A stretch of DNA of 64,000 bases, taken from NCBI RefSeq assembly GCF_902652985.1, contig NC_047022.1, positions 30,723,465 through 30,787,464 of the forward strand, in the 5' to 3' direction. This DNA comes from Pecten maximus (taxonomy: Eukaryota). Of the stretch, positions 26,676 through 39,859 are shown piece after piece (within the stretch, counting starts at the first letter, position 1; each line of letters begins with the position of its first letter). The translations under genes and the position numbers were made by a program. Below the pieces are notes generated by a model that saw nothing but the letters and a program-made list of their open reading frames with translations, searched no databases and had not been told where the DNA came from.

Positions 26676-28490
26676 GTCTAGCTTCGAGGTATTAAGCCCT
26701 TGTCCCGCTGTCCCATCTCTAGTTGCTCTCTTGAATCCCAATTAAGCCATTTTCTCGCTGTCCCGCCTCTGGCTGTCCTCTTATTTCGCTATTCGGCTAT
26801 TTTCTAACTGCCCCGCCTCTAATTGATCTCTTCTTTCGCTATTCGGCCATTGTCTAGCAGTCCAGGCTCTGATTGTTCTCTTATCCGGCTTTTCAGCCAT
26901 TGTCTAGCAGTCCAGGCTCTGATTGTTCTCTTATCCGGCTTTTCAGCCATTGTCTAGCAGTCCAGGCTCTGATTGTTCTCTTATCCGACTTTTCAGCCAT
27001 TGTCTAGCTGTCCGGCTCTGATTGTTCTCTTATCCGGCTATTCGGCCATTGTCTAGCAGTCCAGGCTCTGATTGTTCTCTTATCCGACTTTTCAGCCATT
27101 GTCAATCTGTCCGGCTCTGATTGTTCTCTTATCCGGCTATCAAGCCATTGTCTAGCTGTCCGGCTTTGATTGTTCTCTTTTCCGGCTATTCGGCCATTGT
27201 CTAGCAGTCCAGGCTCTGATTGTTCTCTTATCCGGCTATTAAGCCATTGTCTAGCTGTCCGGCTCTGATTGTTCTCTTATCCGGCTATCAAGCAATTGTC
27301 TAGCAGTCCCGGCTCTGATTATTCTCTTATCCGGCTATTCGACCATTGCCTAGCTGTCCCGGCTCTGAATATTCTCTTATCCGGCTATTCGATCATTGCC
27401 TAGCTGTCCTGGCACTGATTGTTCTCTTATCCGGCTATCAAGCCATTGTCTAGCAGTTCCGGCACTGATTGTTCTCTTATCCGGCTATCAAGCCATTGTC
27501 TAGCAGTCCCGGCTCTGATTATTCTCTTATCCGGCTATTCAGCCATTGTCTAGCTGTCCCGGCTCTTGTTGTTCTCTTATCCGGCTATTCGGCCATTGTC
27601 TAGCTGTCCCGGCTCTGGTTGTTATCTTGTTTCGCTTTTCTGTCATTGCCTAGCTGTCCCGGCACTGATTGTTCTCTTATCCGGCTATCAAGCCATTGTC
27701 TAGCAGTCCCGGCTCTGATTATTCTCTTATCCGACTATCAAGCCATTGTCTAACAGTCCCGGCTCTGATTATTCTCTTATCAGGCTATTCAGCCATTGTC
27801 TAGCTGTCCCGGCTCTGGTTGTTATCTTGTTTCGCTTTTCTGTCATTGCCAAGCTGTCCCCTAACTAGAAATTCCAGCGTTCATCTATTAAGCCAATAGC
27901 AAGCTGTCCCGTCTCTGGTTGTTCCCTTGTTTCGCTACTCGGCCATTGTCTAGCTGTCCTTCTTCTTGGAATTCTCGTGTCCTGCTATTAAAGCAATGTA
28001 TGGCTGTTCTACTTTGTTTTACTATTAAACATTTGTTTGGTTATTGCCCAGCTGTCCCGCTTTTGGTACAAAATTTGTCCCGCCTCTGGTGGGTTTCTTG
28101 TCCAACTATTCGATTACTGTTTCGCTGTCCAACCCCTTGTGCTATTAAGTCACCTTCTAGCTGTCTCCCCTCTGGTTGTTATCCTGACCCATTATGAAGC
28201 AATTACAAAGCTTACCCACTTCTAGGAGCTTTCTTGTCAAGCTATTAATCTATGGTCTGGCTGTCTCGCTTCTGATAGTCCTTGAGTCCCACTATTAATC
28301 CATGGTGTGTCTGTCCCGCTTCTGATAGTATAAGGGTCCCACTATTAATCATTGGCCTGGCTGTCCTGTCCAGCTTCTGGTTTTATCCAGGAAACCCACT
28401 ATTAATCCATTGTCTGTCTGTCCCATTTCTTGTAGGTGTTTTTGTCCCAATTTTCAACATTTTTCTTGGTGTCCTGCCTTTAGTAATTCT
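26676..28490. repeat. Satellite array, 50-bp unit (tccaggctctgattgttctcttatccggcttttcagccattgtctagcag), ~35 copies, with a homogenised core (26850-27800) and divergent edges
   Basis: Direct reading. Copies at 26676-26850 and 27800-28490 are progressively more degenerate. ORFs 27919-28563 are artefacts. Confidence 0.9.
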
Positions 28491-28564
28491 TTTGTACCAA
28501 TATATTGTTATTCAATTAACCAATAATCAATTTAAATGGTTGATGGTATATTTTTATGTGTAAT

Positions 28565-28601
28565 GCAATCAATCAATGAATGAATGAATCAATCAATCAA
28601 T
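28565..28601. repeat. (CAAT/GAAT)n microsatellite
   Basis: 'caatcaatcaatgaatgaatgaatcaatcaatcaatt'. Confidence 0.9.
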
Positions 28602-31019
28602 TTGTTTATTTAAGTGTCATAATTATTATATCACAATAACATTGTACAAGTATATAGTCACAAAGTATAAAACATAGTTTAATATCGGGGGTCAGTCATC
28701 TTAACCATAATAAAATTTAGAATATTGATATTCTAAAATGAACTGTTACAATGCTATTTTTTTAAGATAAATAAAACCAATTAAGAAATCACAAATTTCA
28801 ATCCAGAAAGCAGGTGAATGGGACAGTCCCTATATCTACATATATATATATAATGATTAAAACACTTCTTTTACAATTGATGTATTAAAACATTGTCTTT
28901 TAATATAGTATTGAATAAAGTATATGAATATGAAATACATTAAGAAATGTGTATGTGTAATACACATCCTATCGTATTATTGAGGGAACGTGTTGGCCCG
29001 GGGTATCCAAGGGTGTACAACAAGGTCAAAATCGCTGTACCGAAATATTATATGATGTAGATATACAGAACGAACCAACCGAAACATTGCACATTATTTG
29101 TGTAAAAGGGAAATGAATCCTTAGATCAATGTTCCGGGAACCTTCTCGCTCCGGTCTCCATACACTATAATGTACTTTAATGCGTAACCCGACTTACCAT
29201 ATGGTACGTACAAAATAAGTTACCTACACATTATACGTATTTTATTAGCACTACCAGCTGAATAATTGGCATTTCCCACGACTGGCTAAGTGTTATATGA
29301 CTGTCCTCGCCATGCTGTCGTGGTGATATCACGTATACTTGTGTGAATGAGTTTACCTTGCATAATATCTCGTAAAATGTTTAAAGAACCTCCAGGTGAA
29401 GTCAATAAATCAAACAAAATGGTCGCATCAGCACAAGCTACTTGTATAATGCTTAGCGACCTCTTTTCGCAAAGATCCTATTCTCAACAGGGCTCATATA
29501 TCTTTGTCTAGGCAGAAAGATGGATTTTAAAAATAAAGACGTGTCCACAAAATTTAACCAAAAAATGTCTACATATTGTTTTTTAAGAGACGAACTAAGT
29601 AGTAGACGAATTTTAATGTTCGCTCTCAAGATACAAATTTGTTAAAAATGGTAAAATATTCAATATCTTTCTCATTTAATAAATAAGTAAATGAGTAGAT
29701 AAATTGAGAATAAGACGTTTACACAAAACAGTGGATTTTATTCAAAAAGTACTTAATATGTTTTTTTTTAAGTTTAATTAGAATTAGGTAATGTCCAGAG
29801 GATTATACATCTTAAGCAAGTGATTCAGAAGGGGATACGAATTTTGTTGTACCGACCACAATCATGTAAATAAACATAAAAGAATAACAACATTGTAACG
29901 AAACCATAGTTTAAAGTCAAAATCAATTAAACGAGAGCAAAATATAAACCCAAAATAGATTTGTATGGAGATTTATTTATTTAAAAACATACATTGTACA
30001 ATGAATATAGGTTACAAAATTAAACCCAGTGAGGTTCAGGAGCATTGGGTATGTATCATAACTAAATGAAATGTATTATACAATAGAGACCCACTATGTA
30101 CATGGTTATGATCGAACTATACTGGGGAGTGCTTCATGGAACTAGCGAGGGTAAAATCGTAAGAATGGTCGAATTTTTTGTTGATAACAACTACGTTGTG
30201 ATTGGTAAATATATCCTCAGATTATTGACTTACCTTAGTGAATAAAAACAGTGTCTCTCTCGAGGCCGATTTGTTTTTAGATGCTAATTATACAAAAGAA
30301 GTCCCCTTAACGGTAACACAGAACAGTCTTCATCGTCAAACTGATAATGTGTAGCCTTTAAGTAACCGATAATAATGTTTTGAATTATCTTTAAATTTTC
30401 GTCAACCTGACTGTTGTACGATGTGGAAAAATGTTCGTTGTAAGACGTATCGAGATTAGACGCTGATTTGTGTCAAAACGACATTTATTTTTACATTTTC
30501 ATATTTACCGACACTCTGATGCAAAAGAACAAAGAGAAGTGGGAAAAGTTAACTTCCCCCTGCGTGTAACATGTTATTAAACATAATGTCAACAGCACGC
30601 ACCTACATCCTGGCATTTTACCATATACCAAAAGGAGAAATCGTGCGCACCGTTTTTGTGTTAAAACATTTCGAAAGATGACAGGTCGATTATTGAGATA
30701 TCAAAAATAATCAATCCGTGAACAACCTTATATCATTTAAAAGTGTATTTGTCACTAGTAATACTATAATACTTCTTCAATATTATTACTAATGGAGATA
30801 ATATATAATCATATATAAATTGATTTATCCATGAATGTATTTCGTTCAATTTGTCGAATGTATAACATGACAGAATTATTAACATGGTATGTTTGTAGTT
30901 TTGCCTGCAGATAAGACATCTAACAATTTAATCCTCGTTTGTAAACATTGTTATATGATTTTATGCTTATAAAAAGAGCTATGCTTACTTGATAAACAGG
31001 ATAATGCTACAAATACATA

Positions 31020-31860
31020 GTCAGGTTTTGCTAAAGACGCAATACTGTCAAACCATTCTTCAGTGTTAAAAAATAGTTCAAAATCCCTGATAGGGAGAAG
31101 GATGAGTATCCCCCTCGTTTAAATTGGATTAGATTCCTAAACACCATAAACATCCTTATAAACAACGTTTAAATTGCCGACTCGAGTAGTTGTCGAACTA
31201 AGCTTTTATCTTAACTTCCTTCTACCATTCTTTTTACAATTATGTTGGAGCTGGGATATTGATTCATGTAGATGATGAATTATCGGAATGCTGATTAAAA
31301 AAATCCAAACATCTTTTGATTAATCTTCCTTTCCATCAGAACGTTTGATTTTTCTACTGTTTACACTACCATTCGCTATTACAAACTGAAGGAACGCCTT
31401 CGTTTATTTGCCAAGAAAAGCGATCGACGATATACATACAACATTGTAAACTATAAGAGACAAAGATTATAGGAAATAGGGAAAAATGAAATTGTGAGAA
31501 TATTTGAATTTCTAATCGATATTTTTGTTTAAGTGTGATGACCAGATCTTAGAACCGATTATTGGCATAAACAGGGAAAATGTCTTCATGTCAATTCAGG
31601 TCAAATTCAGATCAATTTCAGGTCAAATTTACCTCAAGACATTTTGCCTGTGTACTCATTGGAACAAACTGTGCCGTCTGTTGGTTAACTTATTTTTGTC
31701 ATATGAAACCGATAATATCGAAAAGCCTATGAAAGAACGGGTTACGGAGACCTTGCAAAGTCCTTCAATTTCTCAATGTCGTCACAAAAACAATAACGAC
31801 AATATACGGCAATCATTTCAAAGAAATGTGGATGATCGCTAATTATGATTTACAAATTAA
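31020..31860 (+). mobile_element. Decayed reverse-transcriptase retroelement copy B (same family as copies A and C)
   Basis: 31020-31410 aligns to copy A 345-720, including R-T-F-D-F-S-T-V-Y-T-T-I (motif A-like). ORF 31525-31842 translates to ...C-D-D-Q-I-L-E-P-I-I-G-I-N-R-E-N-V-F-M-S-I...H-W-N-K-L-C-R-L-L-V-N-L-F-L-S-Y-E (motif B-like 'P.LANLFLSYE'). Confidence 0.5.
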
Positions 31861-33213
31861 AGAGTAATATGAATTAAATTTTTCAGATTTAGATAAATAG
31901 GATATCTAAACCGGAAACAATTTGTGGTTTTCATTTCTAAAAACATTACACTGGATCCTATTAGGACCACATGAGTGAATATGATCATATACAGTAAATA
32001 GTCATGCTTGAATGATCTACTGATAATTTAATACCGGAATTTATATCAGGTTGTCTCCCGATTTCAAGGATGGTGCGGAGAAAAAGAACGAAGAACTGAG
32101 AGAAAGATATATCACATTGGCAAATAAACATGATACCTCAATTTTAATGTTATAAGGTTCAAAAGTACATGAAAATATATGATGCGAGCACGATGTTATG
32201 TCGCATCATGTTGACTGATCGCTTAAACTGACCCCGACAGAGCATCTGGAGGCTATAAGGTGACTGTTAGTTACTTAATTCAACCTTGAAATCAACCTTA
32301 ACATCCTCGCTATGAAACACGAGGGAATGCATGCACTTTTATGATCATCTAGAATACCTTCCTTATCACAGACATAACTTCGTGCACATATAAAATGGGC
32401 AAATTGCCCTAAGGACATCTGGTCATGAACCAGGCACAAGATGCATGCCAGCATTATCAATCAATTATAAGAAGAGGGATAGGCAGAAACATATGTACAT
32501 TAACATTATGTAACGTGTATGCAATCGCTAGCGCTATTTTTTATGTAGCAGGTCTATCTGTACCACGCAGGGTATTATTTATATATCCTGGCACTGTGTA
32601 ACACATACAAACACACACACAGCGAGATTCTGTTAAATGCATCAGCCATGTCATGTTTTACAGAAATACACATCTAAATTTATTTCACTTAAAACTCATC
32701 TTTTTAGCCATTTCCTAACCGTTGAATGATGATAAGCCAGCCACGTTCCGATAAGCCGACACGTTTCCCTCAATATGTTATCATCACTGTGTCGCAGGCT
32801 GTGGAACCAATAAGAAAATCACCAGGACTACGTACTCTATAGTACTGTTTAGATACAGACTACAAAGATTTCCGAAGGGAATATTCTCTTCTGTCAATGA
32901 GCACCAACGATATAAAGGATATTTCAGTCAATACGCTTGCTAGATTGTTTAGTTCGTCGCTTATCGAATTGCATAATCACCATTTCCGTGTTTAAAACAT
33001 AACGTGAAATAGCCTGTGTATGATAACACTACTGATTTACGACATGAAATGGTAGCATACTTTTCACACGGTTCCTATAATTATCGATTATTGCATAATT
33101 AAAATGGTCAACATCCTCTAGACGTTTTGCTGATCCTATTTACATATTAAATAACACACGCTATAAAAGTAACAGAGTCTTTGGGATATCAGAATTCGGG
33201 ATAACCTCGATCA

Positions 33214-34661
33214 CCAGCCTCAGTAACCAGTGGTTGGATCTACAGCCTCAGTAACCAGTGGATGGATCCACAGCCTCAATAACCAGTGAATGGATCGACA
33301 TCCTCACTAACCAGTGAATGGATCTACAGCCTCACTAACCAGTGGATGGATCTACTGCCTCACTAACCAGTGGATGGATCCACATCCTCACTAACCAGTG
33401 GATGGATATATTGCCTCACTAGCCAGTGGATGGATATATTGCCTCACTAACCAGACGATGGATCTACTGCCTCACTAACCAGTGGATGGATATATTACCT
33501 CACTAACCAGCGGATGGATCTATTGCCTCACTAGCCAGTGGATGGATCTATTGCCTCAGTAACCAGTGGATGGATCTATTGCCTCACTAACCAGTGGATG
33601 GATCTACTGCCTCACTCACCAGTGGATGGATCTACTGCCTCACTAACCAGTGGATGGATCTACAGCCTCACTAACCAGTGGATGGATCTATTGCCTCACT
33701 AACCAGTGGATGGATCTATTGCCTCACTAACCAGTGGATGGATCTACTGCCTCACTAACCAGTGGATGGATCTACAGCCTCACTAACCAGCGGATGGATC
33801 TATTGCCTCACTAACCAGTGGATGGATCTACAGCCTCACTAACCAGTGGATGGATCTATTGCCTCACTAACCAGTGGATGGGTCTACTGCCTCACTAACC
33901 AGACGACGGATCTGCTGCCTCACTAATCAGTGGATGGATATATTACCTCACTAATCAGTGGATGGATCAACAGCCTCACTAACCAGACGATCGATCTACA
34001 TCCTGACATACCAGTGAATGGATCTACAGCCTCACTAATCAGTGGATTGATCTACTGCCTCACTAACCAGTGGATGGATCCACAGCCTCACCTACCAGTG
34101 GATTGATCCACCTCCTCACTAACCAGTGGATGGATCTACAGTCTCACTAACCAGTGGATGGATTGACAGGCTCATTGACTAGTGGATGGATCTACTGCCT
34201 CACTAACCAGTGGATGGATCGACAGCCTCAATAATCAATGGATTGATCTACTGCCTCTCAAACCAGTGGATGGATCCACAGCCTCACCTACCAGTGGATG
34301 GATCCACCTCCTCACTAACCAGTGGATGGATCTACAGTCTCACTAACCAGTGGATGGATTGACAGGCTCATTGACTAGTGGATGGATCTACTGCCTCACT
34401 AACCAGTGGATGGATCTACTGCCTATCTAATCAGTGGAAGGATCTTGAGCCTCACTAACCGGTGAATAGATATACAGCCTCACTAACCAGTGGATTGATT
34501 TACTACCTCACTAACCAGTGGATTGATTTACTACCTCATTAACCAGTGGATGGATCTACTGCCTCACTCACCATTGGATGGATCTATTGCCTCACTAACC
34601 AGTGGATGGATCTACAGATTCACTAACCAGTGGATTTATCTACAGCCTCACTAACCAATGG
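33214..34661. repeat. Satellite array, 28-bp unit (gcctcactaaccagtggatggatctact), ~51 copies
   Basis: Direct reading. An internal ~190-bp higher-order block is duplicated (34080-34210 and 34270-34400). Confidence 0.95.
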
Positions 34662-34664
34662 AGC

Positions 34665-34693
34665 CACCCCTCCTCCCCCTCCCCCTCCCCCCT
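34665..34693. repeat. C-rich (CCCCT)n-like tract
   Basis: 'ccacccctcctccccctccccctcccccct' lies directly at the 3' edge of the 28-bp array. Confidence 0.85.
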
Positions 34694-35100
34694 GGATCCG
34701 CTAGTGCAACATATCAAAATTCCAGTCTCCAGATCGTAATTATTGCACATTAGGTAGTTTAATCCATAGTCTAACTACATGTGCTGATGTGCCGCCTAAT
34801 AGGAAAGTGGGTACTGGTCTTAATTAGCAGCATGACAAGACAGTGATTCAATATACAGCTTAATTAGTGAAATATCTTCAGTCGTATTAAATAGTAAATT
34901 GATCCAACACCTAAGAACATATTGTTTTATATACTGCCTAATTAGATGTGATTAATCACCGTTGACTGAACAGTAGATCAATTCTTTAGAGGACATGGCT
35001 TATCCTCAATCTTACTGGATAAAATGACAACCTTACCATCTGTGCAGTTAATTATAACTTATTTCCCAGTGGATGATTTTACGTTCAAAACGTCTCCAGC

Positions 35101-35496
35101 TGTAGCTGTAAGGTTATAATATGATTGTTATACCTGTAGGTTTATAATATAATTGTTTTACCTGTAGGTTTATAATATAATTGTTATACCTGTAGGCTTA
35201 TGATATGATTGTTATACCTGTAGGTTTATGATATGATTGCTATACCTGTAGGTTTATAATATAATTGTTTTACCTGTAGGTTTATAATATAATTGTTATA
35301 CCTGTAGGCTTATGATATGATTGTTATACCTGTAGGTTTATGATATGATTGCTATACCTGTAGGTTTATAATATAATTGTTATACCTGTAGGCTTATGAT
35401 ATGATTGTTATACCTGTAGGTTTATGATATGATTGCTATACCTGTAGGTTTATGATATAAGTGTTATACCTGTAGGTTTATGATATGATTGCTATA
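35101..35496. repeat. Tandem repeat, 28-bp AT-rich unit (tgtaggtttataatataattgttatacc), ~14 copies, organised as a 4-unit (~112 bp) higher-order repeat
   Basis: Direct reading shows the unit-variant order 'ataatataattgtttt / ataatataattgttat / tgatatgattgttat / tgatatgattgctat' recurring. Confidence 0.9.
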
Positions 35497-37697
35497 TACG
35501 GAAAGTTTGCTCTGACGGTGTATTTTAACATAGAATAGTATTATCTTAGACGACATAAGAGAAGTTGTTAAACAATCAAATATTCATCGAAATACAATGA
35601 AAATATAACGAATGTCTGAATTTAACCATCAAGTGAAACAAAGAACTTAGTTAAATGACTCCGCGAACCTCAAAATAATTAAAGCAAACCAACAATTAAT
35701 TAATCAAATAATACATAAAAAACACATAAGTCATTATGAGAATAATAAATCGTTTTGTAGCAGGATTTTTATATTCAACTCAAACATATTTTTAGATATG
35801 CAGGGATCAGTGAAAGGTGAGAATCTGATCTGAATTATCCCGGTATCGTTGTTCACTACAGTGTATACGAGTTTAAGGCCTAAAAGCTTTTTCATGCAGC
35901 GGTTTTTTTTGTTTTGATTTTTAAAACTAAACTCCTTTTTTGGTGTGTACAATTGTATTAAAATTCCTAACTGAGGGGATACGTTACGTTTCGTTGATCT
36001 TTAAACAATAAATGTCGGGCCCTCCAGCGGATATACTAACTTATCACGCGATAGATCGCCCAGTGAGTTTTATTTTACAGCTAACATTTTATTATCCTTA
36101 TGTTTTAAACAATTATTGAGGGAGTATTCTGTATAAAATTTAATAGTTAGTGTTGAAAATACACAGACAGTTTTGTTAAGGATAATTCAGGAGGGCCATT
36201 TTGCCGATGATGGAAATTATTTATTGTTGAAAAAAGATGCTATCAATCCCTTGCTTATAATTGATGACGATAGCGTGCATTTACATTCCCCTCGGAGACA
36301 ATTTCATAACAGGTCCATTGTAGGCTCATCTAAATATTTAATATCTCAGTAATATCCTTCTATGTTGAAGTTTCCATTTTTAGATATCAACATACTTGTT
36401 TCCCAAAGATAATTAGTCTCAGCATCAAACTAACGAAAATAATAGTGATAGAGTTCAACTGCTGGCAGAAAAGATAATGTACACAACAGAGGTTGTATGT
36501 GTATTCAGGTTGAAACTATGAGAAAGTGTTGGAGTAAATTACATGAAATTATTATTAACAAGTTTTTATCCTTGCGTCACAGCAGTTAAAATTAAATGTG
36601 CTGATTGTCGTTGATATGTCTGGTAGTCACCACGCCCACTCTCATCTTAGCAAGTGTTCCGATTTGATTATAACGATTGTTTTTTTTGTTTTTAAATAAC
36701 TGTCATTATAAGCCGCTGTCTCGCTAAAGAACCCGTATTTATAAAATCATTTGTATATTGTATATGGAGGGCTGGCACACCTATTCACAGATGGGACTGC
36801 CCACTTTGCATATTCCATTAAAAGGTCAACGCGTCAGGTAATTCAGGTTCGCGTTTTAAATACAGACTTACACAAGTCCCGCCTCTTTGTGCGTACGTAA
36901 CATAAACACGCATTTTATTATATGGGGTTCCATATTTTAGATATCACCCACGATGGTTTGCGTAAACGAATATAAATACAGTGATTTCTACATTTTCGTC
37001 ATTATCCTTTAAACGGTTGAAGAGGTAGCACGCATCGCTGTATGGTGTTCACGAAGTAATTTACCCCTGGTGATAATTTGAAGATGTATAGAAAGAAATA
37101 AAGACATCACGTATATTATTTGGAAAGAAACGTGACTGTAAATGGGAGAGGAGTATTTCCATTCCGTCCCCATTACCTAAAGAATAGTGTGTTTCTATAA
37201 GAGGTGGCAATCGCGATGAAGTGATCAAGGCAATGGTTTTACCAGCAGCGGAATTCAACCAAGGAATACCGATAGATTTGGATCAAAGTTAGTTTCTTAA
37301 TGCTGACATCAGCAATCTTATCATATTTGATGACCTCATGTCCTCAGCAAGCAATGGCCCTCGATCGTATTAATGTTTAATGAAGGGAATCATCAAAGGA
37401 ATATGTTGGTCATCAATCAGAACCCTTACTACAGTACAGATCTAACGCACAGGAAGGCTATCCCGGGATTGAAAAGGTCTATTTTCTCCGTAGCAACGAT
37501 CAACACCATTTTGATTGTATACTAGATTCCACAGAGTTTGCGCATGAACGTTTTACATGAGAACATAACAGAAGGTCGACTAGATCTCTCATTCTGTAGG
37601 ATGCTTTCCATAGCTTTTGCTACAGATTAAACATACGCAAACCCCTCTAGAACTTTTTTCAACAATCCTATCGACTCACATGTTACGGCCCTGACTA

Positions 37698-37738
37698 GAA
37701 AGAGGAAGAGGAGGAGGAGAAGGAGGAGAGGAGAAGAG
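37698..37738. repeat. Purine-rich (GA/GGA)n microsatellite
   Basis: 'gaaagaggaagaggaggaggagaaggaggagaggagaagag'. Confidence 0.9.
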
Positions 37739-37840
37739 TTTTTTTTTATAATCACTGCGAATATCCTATGCATAGTACACTCACTGGGGAAGTCAACATG
37801 CCTTTATATAACAGGTATTTATTAAACGATACAACGTGTG

Positions 37841-37978
37841 GGGGCTTGGTTTATTTAATTTCACGTCCTATTAACAGCCAGGACTTGTCTGGTTTTGGAG
37901 GTGGAGTAAAGCCGGAGTACCACTCGGTGGAAGGCTAGTTAAGAGTCGGGACACCTTTACCACTAGGCCACCGCAGCC
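37841..37978 (-). mobile_element. tRNA-derived SINE, internally deleted copy (B-box region missing)
   Basis: It is collinear with the full copy at 60140-60363: 'cgtcctattaacagcca...ggttttggaggtggagtaaagccggagtac' plus 'gtcgggacaccttt.accactaggccaccgcagcc'. About 85 bp containing the 'gttcgaaacc' B box is absent. Confidence 0.75.
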
Positions 37979-38555
37979 TCTTAACGTGGAGGACTAAAGA
38001 AAGTGGATGGTAGGAACGACGATATGTAGAAGGTGGAAGTCGTTTTAAAAACCGAAGGAACAGGCCAAAACAGACAATACTTTGTAAAACTGCTGCATTG
38101 GACCAGGAAATTCAGTTCCCGGATCAATAGATAGATCGCCCCAGCACCGTATCACGGATGGTAGACGACTCTCAGGTGTAAATATGAATATTGTCCATTT
38201 GAGAATATGTCGTATCTATTTTTGTACAGGCGGACATGGGATGGTCTCTGACCAGTGTCCGTTCTATTGACAGAGACATTAAAATGTTGTATTCAACACT
38301 CGTCTTCTCGTTTTTATTATAGAACATTCTAGAAGAACTTTACCGGCCGAAACCGGTTTGATTATTTCTTACCGCAATATCTCTCTCGTTTAGATATATA
38401 TATATTCCATGACGTCAGGAAAGAGTGTAGCTATGGTTCAACAAGGAGGAGGTAATGATTATATAGGGGAGGGACTTCGCCAGAAATCAGGCGCCAGAAA
38501 CCAGTGTTCTCTACCACTCCTCCCCGCCTCAAAATGACCATGACTGCTCACGGGG

Positions 38556-38579
38556 CAAACAAACAAACAAACAAACAAG
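38556..38579. repeat. (CAAA)n microsatellite
   Basis: 'caaacaaacaaacaaacaaacaag'. Confidence 0.9.
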
Positions 38580-39124
38580 TCCTAGTTTTGTGACTTAGCC
38601 CGGATTTGCCTGGTTGGTTCTGTCGATGAAGGAGATGACACTTAACTATTGTCTTATTTTCCTCGTGGTTTCTTTTCTAGGGTTTCCATGCAAATTTATG
38701 TTTTTGTTGGCATGTTGTCCTCGTTTTATCGACTATGAGTTGAAATTATCTGTTGTGTCTGATTAAAGATTAGAAGACGGTAATGTTAACAATTCACAAT
38801 CTGAAAGGTGACAATTACGTGCACCTGTTTAGATTGAGTAAGAAGGGTACTATTCTGTTTTAAATTAGAGATCGTCTCCCAGTAAATGAGTTCATTCCAG
38901 GTCTGAATATAGCGACTGTTTACTAATCCTCTTTAAAGGAAAGCATATATTTTTGTCACACTATGTGCTGCTTAAATAGAACGTGTTCTGACAATATAGC
39001 GCTCGTTTTCAAAACACCAATGCTTCATTCAAATATCCACATATATGAAACATCCGAAATTCGAGCGTTTGTTTCCAATGTTGACTGTTTATGAAAAACA
39101 AATGTATTTAAGCACTGAACTGTT

Positions 39125-39253
39125 TTTGTATGGTATTTATGATCTAGTTGAATGCCAGTTTTTTTGCAAGCAAACAACATAATGCGCGTTAGCACATTAT
39201 GATTTGTTTGCATTGCAAAACTCTGGCATTCAAATAGATCATACATACCATAC
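39125..39253. repeat. Long near-perfect palindrome (two ~60-bp inverted arms, no spacer); candidate hairpin or foldback element
   Basis: 'ttgtatggtatttatgatctagttgaatgccag...cataatgcgcg' mirrors 'cgcgttagcacattatg...ctggcattcaaatagatcatacataccatacaa', with the centre at ~39190-39195. Confidence 0.85.
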
Positions 39254-39730
39254 AAAATCAGTCTAACGCTTATATTTACATTCTCTTTACTTTTTTATTT
39301 TTTAAATGCTATAATTCATATTTAAAACTCATAATTCCCGTCTTACCGACAGTCAGTAGATTTGTTTCAGTCGTTGGAACAGCCGGAACATGGTCGCGTG
39401 CTTTTTGGCAAGCAAAATAGCACACGGACATTTTTTAAAAAAAACTCAGTTTTGTTAATCATTTCTTATCAACGTAATGCGCAAATGGCATATTTTTTTA
39501 TAACAAATAATGTAGACAAAATAATAAGTCGTTAAATTTAATGATCCTGGATATTGTAGTTCCGGTTTGTGTTGTATTAATACGCTGGTAATTGTAGCGC
39601 GTGATGGATGGCATTTAAACGTACATCAATGCCAGAGCTCTCAAACAGACTATATAGTGACAATGCCAGATAAATGTAAATATAACAATATAATAAGTTT
39701 TGAGATATGTAGATTGATGAAAACTAAACA

Positions 39731-39731
39731 G

Positions 39732-39768
<37 letters not shown>

Positions 39769-39817
39769 GTCGTCGTCACCATCGTCGTCATCATCGTGGT
39801 CGTCATCATCATCATTT

Positions 39818-39858
<41 letters not shown>
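39731..39858. repeat. (CAT)n trinucleotide microsatellite with CGT/CAC interruptions, ~42 repeats
   Basis: Direct reading. It produces the poly-His/poly-Ser ORF 39567-39941 and the poly-Met ORF 39615-39815 as artefacts. Confidence 0.95.
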
Positions 39859-39859
<1 letters not shown>

